Source: Alphaproteobacteria bacterium (GTDB lineage Bacteria > Pseudomonadota > Alphaproteobacteria > UBA828). Taken from it: 64,000 bases of DNA. A model generated the notes under the pieces. That model was not told the DNA's origin. It was given only the letters and a program-made list of their open reading frames with translations, and made no database searches. The DNA is taken from contig CAXXVO010000004.1 in assembly GCA_963422645.2 (NCBI GenBank), positions 602,539 through 666,538 on the forward strand, read 5' to 3'. A program made the translations under genes and the position numbers. This document shows, piece after piece, positions 55,299 to 64,000 of the stretch. The stretch's first letter is position 1. Each line of letters starts with the position of its first letter.

Positions 55299-56693
55299 CT
55301 AGCCGTAATAGCCGCCGTCCTCCATCAGCCGCCTGGTGCGGTCGTCCATGGCCTTGAGCGCCGCATCGATATCCTTCTCGCCGTTGACGAAATCGGCGCA
55401 CTCCTCACCCATGAGCGCCTGGATGGCGTTGGCCTCCGGGATCTGCATCAGATAGGGCACGGTGTACGGGAAGGCGCGATAGAGGCCCGCAAGGAAGTTG
55501 TGGCTCTGGTAGCGCGACAGGATGGAGGCGCGCGCCGGCTGCGCGCCCGCCGCAACCTTGGCGTCGCCGATCGCGGGATCGGTGTAGTCGCCCGAATTGA
55601 AGTACTGCATCCAGGCGAAGGCGGCCTCCTTGTTCTCCCCGCCGGAATTGATGAACTGCCCGAGCCCGCCCATCTGCGGCTTGTGGCCGCTGCCCGGGCT
55701 CTTACCCTTGGGCGGCAGATCGACGTACATCACATCGTGGAATTCGGTGAAGCTCGGGTCGTTCAGCACCGCGGTGCCCCAGTTCAGCGGGCCGTAGACT
55801 GCGGTGCCATTGGCCATGGCCTTGTTCACTTCGTCCTCGGTGGCGTTGAAGCTCACCGGATGCGCGTACTGCATGAGTTGTTCGATGACGCGCATCGCCT
55901 CGTACCCCGCCTCGCTCGCGAAGATCGGGTTCCACCCGCCCGGCTCCATCTTGTCGAACCACCAGCCGCCGCAGGTCGCATGCACGCCCCAGAACACGGT
56001 GCCTGCCCAGGCGCCGCGCTGGAAGCAGGAGACGAAGCCGAACTGGTCCTGATCCGGCGCGTTCAGCTCCTTCGCGGCGTTGATCGCGTCGTCCCAGCTC
56101 ATCGGTAAAGCGATGCCCGCCGCGTCGAAGACGTCCTTGCGATAGAAGGTCGTCATAACGTTACCGTCGTCGGTCAGCCCATGCAGCTCGCCGTCACCCG
56201 ACGGGATGCGATAGAGATCGCTGACCTGCTTTGGTACATCGGTGAGGTAATCGTCGCGCCAGCCGGGATCGCCGGCGAGGTGGTCCTCGATCGAGTCCAT
56301 AGCACCGGTGGTGTGGATGGCGGGGAAACGCCCCCAGTCGATATAGGTGCAGTCGAAGTCTGCCGACTTGACCGCCATGCGGGCGATCACGGTCTGGAAG
56401 AAGTCCGAGATCGGCTGGCCGGCGAAGTTCACCTCGACATTGGGGTAGACCTTGTTGAAGAGCGGGTGCACCGCCCGCTGGGTGTCGCCCCAGCGCTTGC
56501 CCTCGGCGAAATAGAGGGTGATCTGGCCGCCGACGTCGGCGAAGACCTCCTTCGGCTGATAGGTCGCCGCGATGGCGCCTACCGTCGCCGCAGTGGTCGC
56601 TTGCAGGAACCGGCGCCGTGTCAGCCAGTTCTTTCGATCGGCCGCAACCTGCGCTTCGATCGATTGACGCGCCTCAAAATCACGATCGTTCAT
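55299..56693 (-). CDS. Tat-exported carbohydrate-type ABC substrate-binding protein
   Basis: TRRRFLQ Tat motif, FYRKDVF...PMSWDD, KEAAFAWMQY. Confidence 0.85.
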   Translation of the reverse strand: MNDRDFEARQSIEAQVAADRKNWLTRRRFLQATTAATVGAIAATYQPKEVFADVGGQITLYFAEGKRWGDTQRAVHPLFNKVYPNVEVNFAGQPISDFFQTVIARMAVKSADFDCTYIDWGRFPAIHTTGAMDSIEDHLAGDPGWRDDYLTDVPKQVSDLYRIPSGDGELHGLTDDGNVMTTFYRKDVFDAAGIALPMSWDDAINAAKELNAPDQDQFGFVSCFQRGAWAGTVFWGVHATCGGWWFDKMEPGGWNPIFASEAGYEAMRVIEQLMQYAHPVSFNATEDEVNKAMANGTAVYGPLNWGTAVLNDPSFTEFHDVMYVDLPPKGKSPGSGHKPQMGGLGQFINSGGENKEAAFAWMQYFNSGDYTDPAIGDAKVAAGAQPARASILSRYQSHNFLAGLYRAFPYTVPYLMQIPEANAIQALMGEECADFVNGEKDIDAALKAMDDRTRRLMEDGGYYG

Positions 56694-56891
56694 GATCCGC
56701 ACTCCCTGGTTATCGGTTATCGATTTTTTGCCGTGAAACAGATTCTGGCGAGGGACGCGCGGTGACGCTCCAACCCCGAGGTCACGGCGTTGGCTGAGAC
56801 CGCCAGGGTCGGCGCGGCGGAGACGAGCGGTGGACTTCCCCGATGTGGTCCGAAGCGGTCCCGCGTAGCCGGCTGACGAGATGCGGGCCGC

Positions 56892-58142
56892 TCAGGCGGC
56901 CTTGAGTTCCGCGCCTACGGGCTCGATGTAGCCGTAGCGGCGGAGCATGCGGATCCACCGAGGAGCGTTGCGCTTGACCATCAGAGCGTCGTAGTCGGCC
57001 GTGCGGTCGTAGTAGGGCCTGCCGGTCTTGAGCACCACATAGATGATGCGCAGCATCTTGTGAGCGCCGGCGACGATGGCGCGCTTGTAGCCGCGCCGGG
57101 CGGCGAGGGCGCGGTGATGAGCCTCGAACTGGCACCCCTTGGTTCGGGCCGCGCCGTGGGCACACTCGACGAGGCAGGCGCGCAGGGTCTTGGAGCCCAT
57201 GCGGGTGCGTGCGTTGCGGCGCTTGCCCCCGCTCTCGTTGTTGCCGGGGCAGAGCCCGGCCCAGGCGGCGAAGTGCTCCTTGGAGGCGAACACGCCGATG
57301 TCGGGGCCGATCTCGATGAGGATGGTCGAGGCGGCGGTGCGGTCGATGCCGGGGATGGTGGTCAGCAGACGGAGCTGCTCCTCCCACGGTGTCATCTGCC
57401 CGTCGATCTTCCTGGTGTAGGACGCGATGCGCGCCTCAAGCGCGTCATGCTCCTCCAGCAGGTCGTTGAGCATGAAGCGGTCGTTGTCGCCCAGGCTCAG
57501 GGTGAGCGCCTCGCCGAGCCCCTCCAGCTTGTTCGCAACGTGGCTGGTGAGCGAGGCGAGGATGACCTCGCGCGCCGTCCCCTGCGCCAGGCCGTCGAGG
57601 ATCTTCCGGCCGTTGACGCCGAAGACGTCGGAGAGGATGCCGCCGATGCGCGCACCGGCGCGGTCGATGATCTTCTGCACGCGGTTGCGCACGGCGGAGC
57701 GCTGCCTGACCAGGACGCGGCGCTGGCGGCTCAGTGCGCGCAGCTCCCGGAACGGCTCAGGCGGAACGTGGGAAGGCGTGCAGAGCCCGAACTGGCACAC
57801 GCAGGCCAGCCACACGCTGTCCGCCACGTCGGTCTTGCGCCCCTTCAACTGCTTCACCTGACGCGCATGCACCAGGATCGCCTCGAGCCCGGCCGCCTCC
57901 AGGGCCGCGAAGGGCGCCTGCCAGTAGACCCCGGTCCCTTCCATCACCGCAGCCTCGACGCCGTGACCGGTCAGCCACGCGACCATCTCCTCCAGACCGC
58001 TCGGCAGCGTGCCGAAGCAGCGCGTCTCCACCACCGGCTCACCCTCGCCCTCACAGAGGCGAACCGTCGCGGTGATCTCCATCTTGTGCACGTCCAGACC
58101 CGCCGCGCGCGGCCGGACGACGTGCAAGCCTTCCGTCTTCAT
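56892..58142 (-). CDS. IS110 DEDD transposase/recombinase
   Basis: GLDVHK, MEGTGVYW, KTDVADS, TIPGI, WAGLCPGNNESGG; GAGGAGG RBS. Confidence 0.96.
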   Translation of the reverse strand: MKTEGLHVVRPRAAGLDVHKMEITATVRLCEGEGEPVVETRCFGTLPSGLEEMVAWLTGHGVEAAVMEGTGVYWQAPFAALEAAGLEAILVHARQVKQLKGRKTDVADSVWLACVCQFGLCTPSHVPPEPFRELRALSRQRRVLVRQRSAVRNRVQKIIDRAGARIGGILSDVFGVNGRKILDGLAQGTAREVILASLTSHVANKLEGLGEALTLSLGDNDRFMLNDLLEEHDALEARIASYTRKIDGQMTPWEEQLRLLTTIPGIDRTAASTILIEIGPDIGVFASKEHFAAWAGLCPGNNESGGKRRNARTRMGSKTLRACLVECAHGAARTKGCQFEAHHRALAARRGYKRAIVAGAHKMLRIIYVVLKTGRPYYDRTADYDALMVKRNAPRWIRMLRRYGYIEPVGAELKAA

Positions 58143-58167
58143 CGCCTTCCTCCTCATTTGCGCTCTC

Positions 58168-58450
58168 GCCACGGCGGCGTACGATCACGCCGTGGCATCG
58201 CCACGGTGGAGGCGGGGACAGCGGTCGGAAGAACACGCATCCGACGAGCGGGTGCGGTGCAATTTGCCGCGCGTCCACGGCCACGGGCCGGGTACAATAC
58301 GGGGTGCGGAGCCGGCCGCCGGAAGCAGTTTTGTCATCGGGAACTACGTCACCGATATAACGACGCTCACACGTCCCCACCTCCGCCAATACCCATCCTG
58401 ACACGGCAAATGGGTGCAAGCGCAAGGAAAACGTCAGCCGAACCGCTCCT
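58168..58450 (-). ncRNA. Candidate bridge/seek RNA in the IS110 left end
   Basis: 15-bp long-range stem 58205-19/58373-87 plus inner hairpins; position matches described IS110 RNAs; expression not shown. Confidence 0.5.
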
Positions 58451-58641
58451 GTTTCATGCCACGGGGTGGCTCAGAACCGCGGGGACCATGACTGTTTTGT
58501 GCCGGGAGGCGCTCGCGGCGTCTTTCGCGACGCCGCTCAACCGGACTGTCCTAAAATGGCTCTCCCGGCTTTATGGTCCGAACCGTAGCACGGGGGCGGG
58601 CGAGTGGCGAGCGCACAGACTCCCTTCCCGATTGCGACGGC

Positions 58642-58788
58642 TGGAGCATTTCCGTTGCAGACGGAAACGCTCCAGCAATTTGTCGCTTACGGCAGCCAGC
58701 CTGCGGCCGGCGCCTGCGCGGGCGCGCCGCTAAGCGGCGGGCCACGGTCGCAGCCTGTCGCGCGTCCTTGAAAGACGGGCGCGCTCTG
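58642..58788 (+). repeat. Palindromic RIME/MITE-like repeat, copy D
   Basis: TGGAGCATTTCCGT-N5-ACGGAAACGCTCCA...TGTCGCTTACGGCAGCC...GCGGCGGGCC...CGCGCTCTG. Confidence 0.83.
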
Positions 58789-58835
58789 AGCCACGGTGTA
58801 CTATCGGCGCAACCGAGGAAACGCGGAGGGAGAGA

Positions 58836-60257
58836 ATGACGAGCCGGCCCACTCAGGCGGAAAGCGCGAGCGGCGCCACGCTCAGGCTCGGGCGCTGGGT
58901 TGCCGAGACGCCCCGCGCGTGGAGCGAGGAAGCAGAGCGCCGGGCCGCGAGCGCCTTCGTGGACACGGCCGCCTGCATGCTGGCGGGCGCGGACGATCCG
59001 GCCGCGCGCACGACCTATGCCGGCGTCGCGCGCTGGGGTGCCGGCGGCAGCGCCGGCGCCATCGTCGCCGGCACGCCGCACCGGCTCGCAGCACCATGGG
59101 CCGCGCTGGTCAACGGCACGGCGGCCCATGCGCTCGACTACGACGACATCCTGGAGATCAGCAACGCCCACGTCAGTGCCCTACTGGCGCCCGCCCTGCT
59201 CGCGCTCGGCGAAGAGCGGGACGCCGACGGCGCGGCCTGCGTGGACGCCTACATCGTCGGCGTCGAGGTCATGGCCCGGCTCGGCGAGGCGCTCAACATG
59301 ACCCACTACTTCAAGGGCTGGCACACCACGTCGACCCTGGGCGCGCCCGCCGCTGCCGCCGCCTGTGCCCGGCTGCTCGGGCTCGATGCCGCGAAGTCCA
59401 CGGCCGCGCTCAGCCTCGCCACCAGCCTCGCCTCGGGCGCCAAGCGCCAGTTCGGCACCATGGCGAAGCCGCTCCACGCCGGGCTTGCGGCCAAGAACGG
59501 GATCATGGCGGCGGCGCTGGCGGAGTCCGGCGTCACCGCCGCAGCGGACGCCTACGAGGGTGAGCGCGGCTTCGTTGACCTCTTCGCCGGCGTGCCGCGC
59601 GAGCGGCTCGAGGCGGCGGTCGCGGATTTCGGCGGGCCGCCCGCGATCGAGCGCTACGGGCTCTGGCAGAAGGTCTACCCCTGTTGCGGCAGCGTGCATC
59701 GTCCCCTCGATGCCCTGCTCGCCCTCCAAGCCGAACGCGGCGTGGCGCCGGAATCGGTGACCGATATTGACGCGCTGCTGCCCGAGGTCTCGGTGCAGAA
59801 CCTGCCCTACCGCGACCCGTCCGATGCCATGCAGGCGCGCTTCAGCCTGCCCTACACGCTGGCGAGCGCGCTCGTTGACGGCCGGCTTGCGCTGGACGCC
59901 TTCACCGGCGAGGCACTTGAGCGGCCAGACGTGCGCGCGCTGATCCCCAGGATCCGCATGCGCCCGGACCCAACGCAGCCCGGCGATACGAACGTCGACG
60001 AGGCGCCGCTGCGGGCGACGGTCACGCTTAAACTCGCGGGCGGCGAAACGCGCTCGCGCACTGTGCAGGAGCCGAGGGGCCATCCGTGTTCGCCGATGGG
60101 CCGCGACGCGCTCCACGCCAAGTTCGTGGACTGCGCCGTGCGCGCCTTGCCCGCGGTCGCGCACGACGCCGCCTTCGCGGCCCTCGACGAACTCGCCCGT
60201 GCACCGGATCTTGGCGCCGTCGCGGCGCACCTCGGGGGAGGCCATGGCCGGGGCTGA
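58836..60257 (+). CDS. MmgE/PrpD family protein
   Basis: NGTAAHALDYDD, GWHTTST, FGTMAKPLHAG, KVYPCC, ARFSLPY. Confidence 0.93.
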   Translation: MTSRPTQAESASGATLRLGRWVAETPRAWSEEAERRAASAFVDTAACMLAGADDPAARTTYAGVARWGAGGSAGAIVAGTPHRLAAPWAALVNGTAAHALDYDDILEISNAHVSALLAPALLALGEERDADGAACVDAYIVGVEVMARLGEALNMTHYFKGWHTTSTLGAPAAAAACARLLGLDAAKSTAALSLATSLASGAKRQFGTMAKPLHAGLAAKNGIMAAALAESGVTAAADAYEGERGFVDLFAGVPRERLEAAVADFGGPPAIERYGLWQKVYPCCGSVHRPLDALLALQAERGVAPESVTDIDALLPEVSVQNLPYRDPSDAMQARFSLPYTLASALVDGRLALDAFTGEALERPDVRALIPRIRMRPDPTQPGDTNVDEAPLRATVTLKLAGGETRSRTVQEPRGHPCSPMGRDALHAKFVDCAVRALPAVAHDAAFAALDELARAPDLGAVAAHLGGGHGRG

Positions 60258-61257
60258 AATGGGGACGCCCGACGCCGCCGCCTTCACCCGGGCGGCCACG
60301 GTGTTCGACTGCCTCGGGCTCTTCTATGTGCTCGACGAGCCCTATGCGACACGCTGCCTGGAGGCAGGCGTCAACATCTGCAACGTGACCTTCGCGCTGG
60401 AGAGCACCTGGGACCAGACCACGCGTGCTGTGGACGAGGGCTTCGCCAAGATCGAGGACAGTCCTGTGCTCGCGCTCGCCCGCAACCGGGCGGAGATCGA
60501 GGCGGCGCTTGCGACCGGCCGGCTCGCCGTGGTCCCCGGCACGCAAGGGTCGAGCATGATCGACAAGGAGCTCGCGCGCGTCGGCGTCCTTGCCCGGCTC
60601 GGCTTCCGCTTCTTCGGCCTCGCCTACACCGGCGCCACCCTCTTCGCCGACGGCTGCGGCGAGAAGCGCGATGCGGGCCTCAGCTTCCTCGGCGAGGAGC
60701 TGATCGCGGCGGTGAACGAGACGCCGATGATCCTAGACCTCTCCCACGCCGGCCACCGCTCCCGCGCCGAGGCGGTGCCCCTCGCCCGCGCGCCGGTCTG
60801 CACCCATTCCAACGCCTGGCACCACGTGCCCAACGAGCGCAACACCAGGGACGAGACCGTGCGCGCCATCTGCGCCAAGGGCGGCATGATGGGTGCCTGC
60901 TGCCTGCCCCTCTCGGTGAGCCCGGCGGACCAGACCCTCGACCACCTGGTCGACCACATCGACCACTTCAAGGCGCTGGTCGGCACGGAGCACATCGGCA
61001 TCGGGCTCGACTTCACCGAGGCCTATCAGGAGTCCAAGACCGTGCTGCCGGAATCGGTCCGCTGGCGCACGCTCCGCCCCGACATCTTCGGGCCGGTCGA
61101 GGCCTTCGTGACCCAGCGCTACCCGGCGGGTCTCAGCGGCATCGCCGAGCTCCCCAACCTCACCCGACGGCTCTTGGAGCGCGGCTACGGCGAGGACGAG
61201 GTCGCCGGCATCCTCGGGCAGAACTGGCTCCGCACCTTCACGACATTTGTCGGCTGA
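60244..61257 (+). CDS. Membrane dipeptidase (M19) family protein
   Basis: DGCGE..D.GLS, DLSHAG, THSN, HIGIGLDF, ILGQNWLR. Confidence 0.9.
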   Translation: MAGAEMGTPDAAAFTRAATVFDCLGLFYVLDEPYATRCLEAGVNICNVTFALESTWDQTTRAVDEGFAKIEDSPVLALARNRAEIEAALATGRLAVVPGTQGSSMIDKELARVGVLARLGFRFFGLAYTGATLFADGCGEKRDAGLSFLGEELIAAVNETPMILDLSHAGHRSRAEAVPLARAPVCTHSNAWHHVPNERNTRDETVRAICAKGGMMGACCLPLSVSPADQTLDHLVDHIDHFKALVGTEHIGIGLDFTEAYQESKTVLPESVRWRTLRPDIFGPVEAFVTQRYPAGLSGIAELPNLTRRLLERGYGEDEVAGILGQNWLRTFTTFVG

Positions 61258-61394
61258 GCCCCGCGCACCAGCGCCGGCAGTGGACCCTCTCACGGATCTT
61301 CTGCGGGCCGGAGCGCGAGCTCTTGGAGAAGCTCCGGATCTCTCCCCGCCACCCCATGGCCGACCTCAACGGGGCCTGTCGCAAGAATTGATTG

Positions 61395-61967
61395 CTACCT
61401 CGTCCCGTCCGGGTCGGCGGTTGCTTCCAGCCAGCGGGGGGCGAAGGCGAGGACCGGGATGTCGGGCGGGAGCTGCGGGTTGAAGAGCGCGTTGTGCCAC
61501 CAGGTCTCGTCGCGGCGCGGGTCGTCGGACATGAGCCGGGCCACCGAGCAAGGTAGCGTGTAGCGCTGGTTGTCCTTGGCGAAGGCCAGGGTGCCGCGCC
61601 GCTGGCGCTCCAGGTCGGCGGCAAGCGCCGAGCCGGGCGCGAAGGTCGCCGTGAGATGGTCGCTGAAAGCGCGCGCGTGCTGGTAGTAGCGCTCCGCCAG
61701 CAGGGCGAGCGCCGCCTCGCGCCGATCGCGCGGGTCGTGGGTGCGCCGCGCCAGGTGGCGGAACTCGGGCGCGAAGGACTCGGCCTCCCGCCGAACCAGG
61801 AGCGTGGTCACCGCCGGCGCAAGCTCTTCGCCAGCAGCGCTCAGCACCTGCGGGCGCATCCCGGGCGACGGCTGACCGGCGCGGCGGCGCATGGCGTCGG
61901 CGCGGATGCGGCACTGCCAGCCGACGAAGTGATCGCGCAGGCGCTCGGCCCGTGGCGCGGCAGTCAC
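61395..61967 (-). CDS. Conserved hypothetical protein
   Basis: Globular composition (HFVGWQCRIR, WWHNALFNP), GGGG RBS before GTG. Confidence 0.6.
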   Translation of the reverse strand: MTAAPRAERLRDHFVGWQCRIRADAMRRRAGQPSPGMRPQVLSAAGEELAPAVTTLLVRREAESFAPEFRHLARRTHDPRDRREAALALLAERYYQHARAFSDHLTATFAPGSALAADLERQRRGTLAFAKDNQRYTLPCSVARLMSDDPRRDETWWHNALFNPQLPPDIPVLAFAPRWLEATADPDGTR

Positions 61968-62179
61968 GGCCCCTCAACCCCTGTTTGCAAGGTTCGCGTG
62001 CATGGTGCGCCGGCGATGGTAGCCGCAGCCTCCGCTTCGGGCCATCGGGTTCGGCGGCCCCTGTGTGCGGTGCTCTCACAGTACTATCGAGGGCGGCTGC
62101 CGCTTGTCGCACGGCGGCTCAATCATCGCACTCGTCCCGCCTGTCCCGCTTAATCCCGGCAAATCCCGCATTAATTTTC

Positions 62180-64000
62180 GTAACTGCCCAGGTCGTCTGA
62201 TTTGTCATTTTGGGCCAGTGGATTGAGGCGTTTCTCGTTCGGAGTTGGTGGAAAGGGCTTGACGGGAATTTCGGGAAATGACTCAACAACGACATGAGCA
62301 ATCCCGAGTCGCCGCGCGGCCCTTCGACGGGAGCAGCGCCCGAAACGCCCGCGCAGAAGATCGCCCGCCTGGAGGAGGAGAACGCCCGGCTTCGGGAGGA
62401 AAATGCCTGGCTTCGGCAGCAGAACGCGCGGCTGGAAGAGCAAGTCGCGCGTCTCGTCGAGCGCATCGAGGAGTTGGAGCGCCGTCTCGGCCTCAACAGC
62501 GGCAACAGCGGCAAGCCGCCTTCGAGCGATGGGCTGAGGAAGCCGAATTCGAAGCGGCGAACCCGAAGCCTGCGCGGCAAATCGGGCCGCAAGCCCGGTG
62601 GCCAGCCCGGCCACAAGGGCAAGACGCTGCGCCGCGCCGATCACCCGGATCGGGTGAAGGATCACGTCCCGGCTTCCTGCAAGGGATGCGGTTCGCCGCT
62701 TTCGGACGCGGCCAGGGCGGGAACGCCCGTCGCCCGCCAGGTGTTCGATCTGCCCGAGCCGAGCCCCCTGGAGGTGACCGAGCACCGGGCGCATGCCAAG
62801 TGCTGCGGGCATTGCGGGACGGTGACCCGGGCGGCGTTCCCCGACGGGGTGTCGGCGCCGGTGCAGTACGGCCCGCGCATTGCCGGGGTGGCGGTCTACC
62901 TTCAGCACGCTCACTTCCTGCCGGAGGATCGGCTGTCGCAGGTGATGGCCGAGCTCTTCGGCGCGCCGGTGACGGCTGCGACGTTGGCGACGATGAGCGA
63001 GAGGGCGGCCGAGCGGCTTGCGGGACGCGGCCTTGCACATACAGGACCTGGCGGCGGGCACGGCGCGGGTGAAACACATGGACGAGACCGGCTTGCGGAT
63101 CGGCGGTCAGACGCAGTGGCTTCATGTGATCTGCACGCCGCTGCTGGCGGCGTACCGGGTCAGCGGCAAGCGCGGCGCCCTGCTCTCGGGTGTCTCCGGC
63201 ATCGTCGTGCACGATCACTGGAAGCCGTACTTCGCGATGGAAGGGGTGGAGCACGGCCTGTGCAACGCCCATCACCTGCGGGAGTTGCAGGCGCTGGTGG
63301 ACATCGAAGGGGAGGCTTGGGCCCGGCGGATGCAGCAGCTCCTGCGCCGAGCCAATCGCGCCGCCCGCATCGCGCTGGACAAGGATATCGCCGTTCCGGC
63401 GAGGCTTGTGGCGCTGATCGAGCGCCGATACGACGAGATCATCGCCGATGCGCTGGCCTTTCACGAGAGCCAACCACCGTTCTCGCCTGGCAAGAGGAAG
63501 AAGCGCCGGAAGCGAAGGATCGGTCACAATCTGGCCTTGAGGCTGCGCGACCACAAATGCGCGGTGCTCCGGTTCCTGATCGACCTCGAGGTCGGGTTCA
63601 CGAACAACGAGGCCGAGCGCGACCTTCGGATGATGAAGCTGCGCCAGAAGATCTCCGGGGGCTTCCGGTCCGCGCAGGGGGCCGAGAACTTCGCCATCCT
63701 GCGCAGCGTCATCACCACCGCCAGAAAGCAGGGCTGGAATATCATCGAAGCCCTGACCAGCCCATCGGATCGGCTCATCGCCACCGTCAAGTGCGCGTAA
63801 GCTCACCTGGCACGGGTTCTCCAACAGCGGAGCCATTCTCATAAACGATCATGGTCGACGCCGTGCTGGACCACCCCATAGAATGAAAATCGGTGCCCGT
63901 CGCGCGGGCGGACTTCGGGCCACATCGGGGTAGCTTACCGGTCGCAGTCCGCAAGAGGGGCATCGTGAGCTGTGAAACCCGGCGACCCCAGAGGAGCACA
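62180..64000 (+). mobile_element. IS66 copy 2 (runs off window); frameshifted tnpC 62294-63800; IS110-derived mini-element from 63843
   Basis: Near-identical to 43958-45837 in inverted orientation. Confidence 0.94.

Larger units (their letters stand above)
56728..58497 (-). mobile_element. IS110-family element with long non-coding ends
   Basis: Ends inferred from homology with the mini-element in IS66; AA/TT core at both junctions; no terminal IR or long duplication. Confidence 0.8.

Noticed and set aside
56733-58457. TGAAACAG/CTGTTTCA as the termini of the IS110
   Set aside because: Homology with the mini-element extends to 58497, so this 8-bp repeat is subterminal at most

Overview
GC-rich alphaproteobacterial (Rhodospirillales-like) chromosome segment. 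Bases 1-15.4 kb are core genes, all on the minus strand except the acyl-CoA dehydrogenase: rsfS, nadD, proA, proB, obgE, rpmA, rplU, a lipid A/Kdo cluster with msbA, pmbA, msrA, the acyl-CoA dehydrogenase and mobA. From 15.6 kb onward the region is accessory and IS-dense, with about 19.5 kb (~30% of the window) inside delimitable elements. These are two full copies and two 1023-bp in-frame-deleted mini-copies of an unclassified 2.5-kb IS, plus IS21, a DUF4338-IS4 fusion element, IS1634 with a 279-bp target duplication, two IS66 copies and an IS110. Removing insertions at their target duplications restores two large genes: a membrane-anchored HerA-like ATPase (defence candidate) and a Calx-beta autotransporter adhesin. 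Also present are a zinc homeostasis cluster, hicBA, a molybdenum hydroxylase-AtuA operon and catabolic genes. The most notable signals are (1) a ~210-bp transposase-less IS110-derived mini-element nested next to the terminal IR of both IS66 copies, (2) a structured non-coding left end of the IS110 (bridge-RNA candidate), (3) a ~145-bp palindromic repeat family whose termini coincide with stop codons, and (4) the stand-alone TM-HerA gene. All family assignments are from motif recognition, not database searches.
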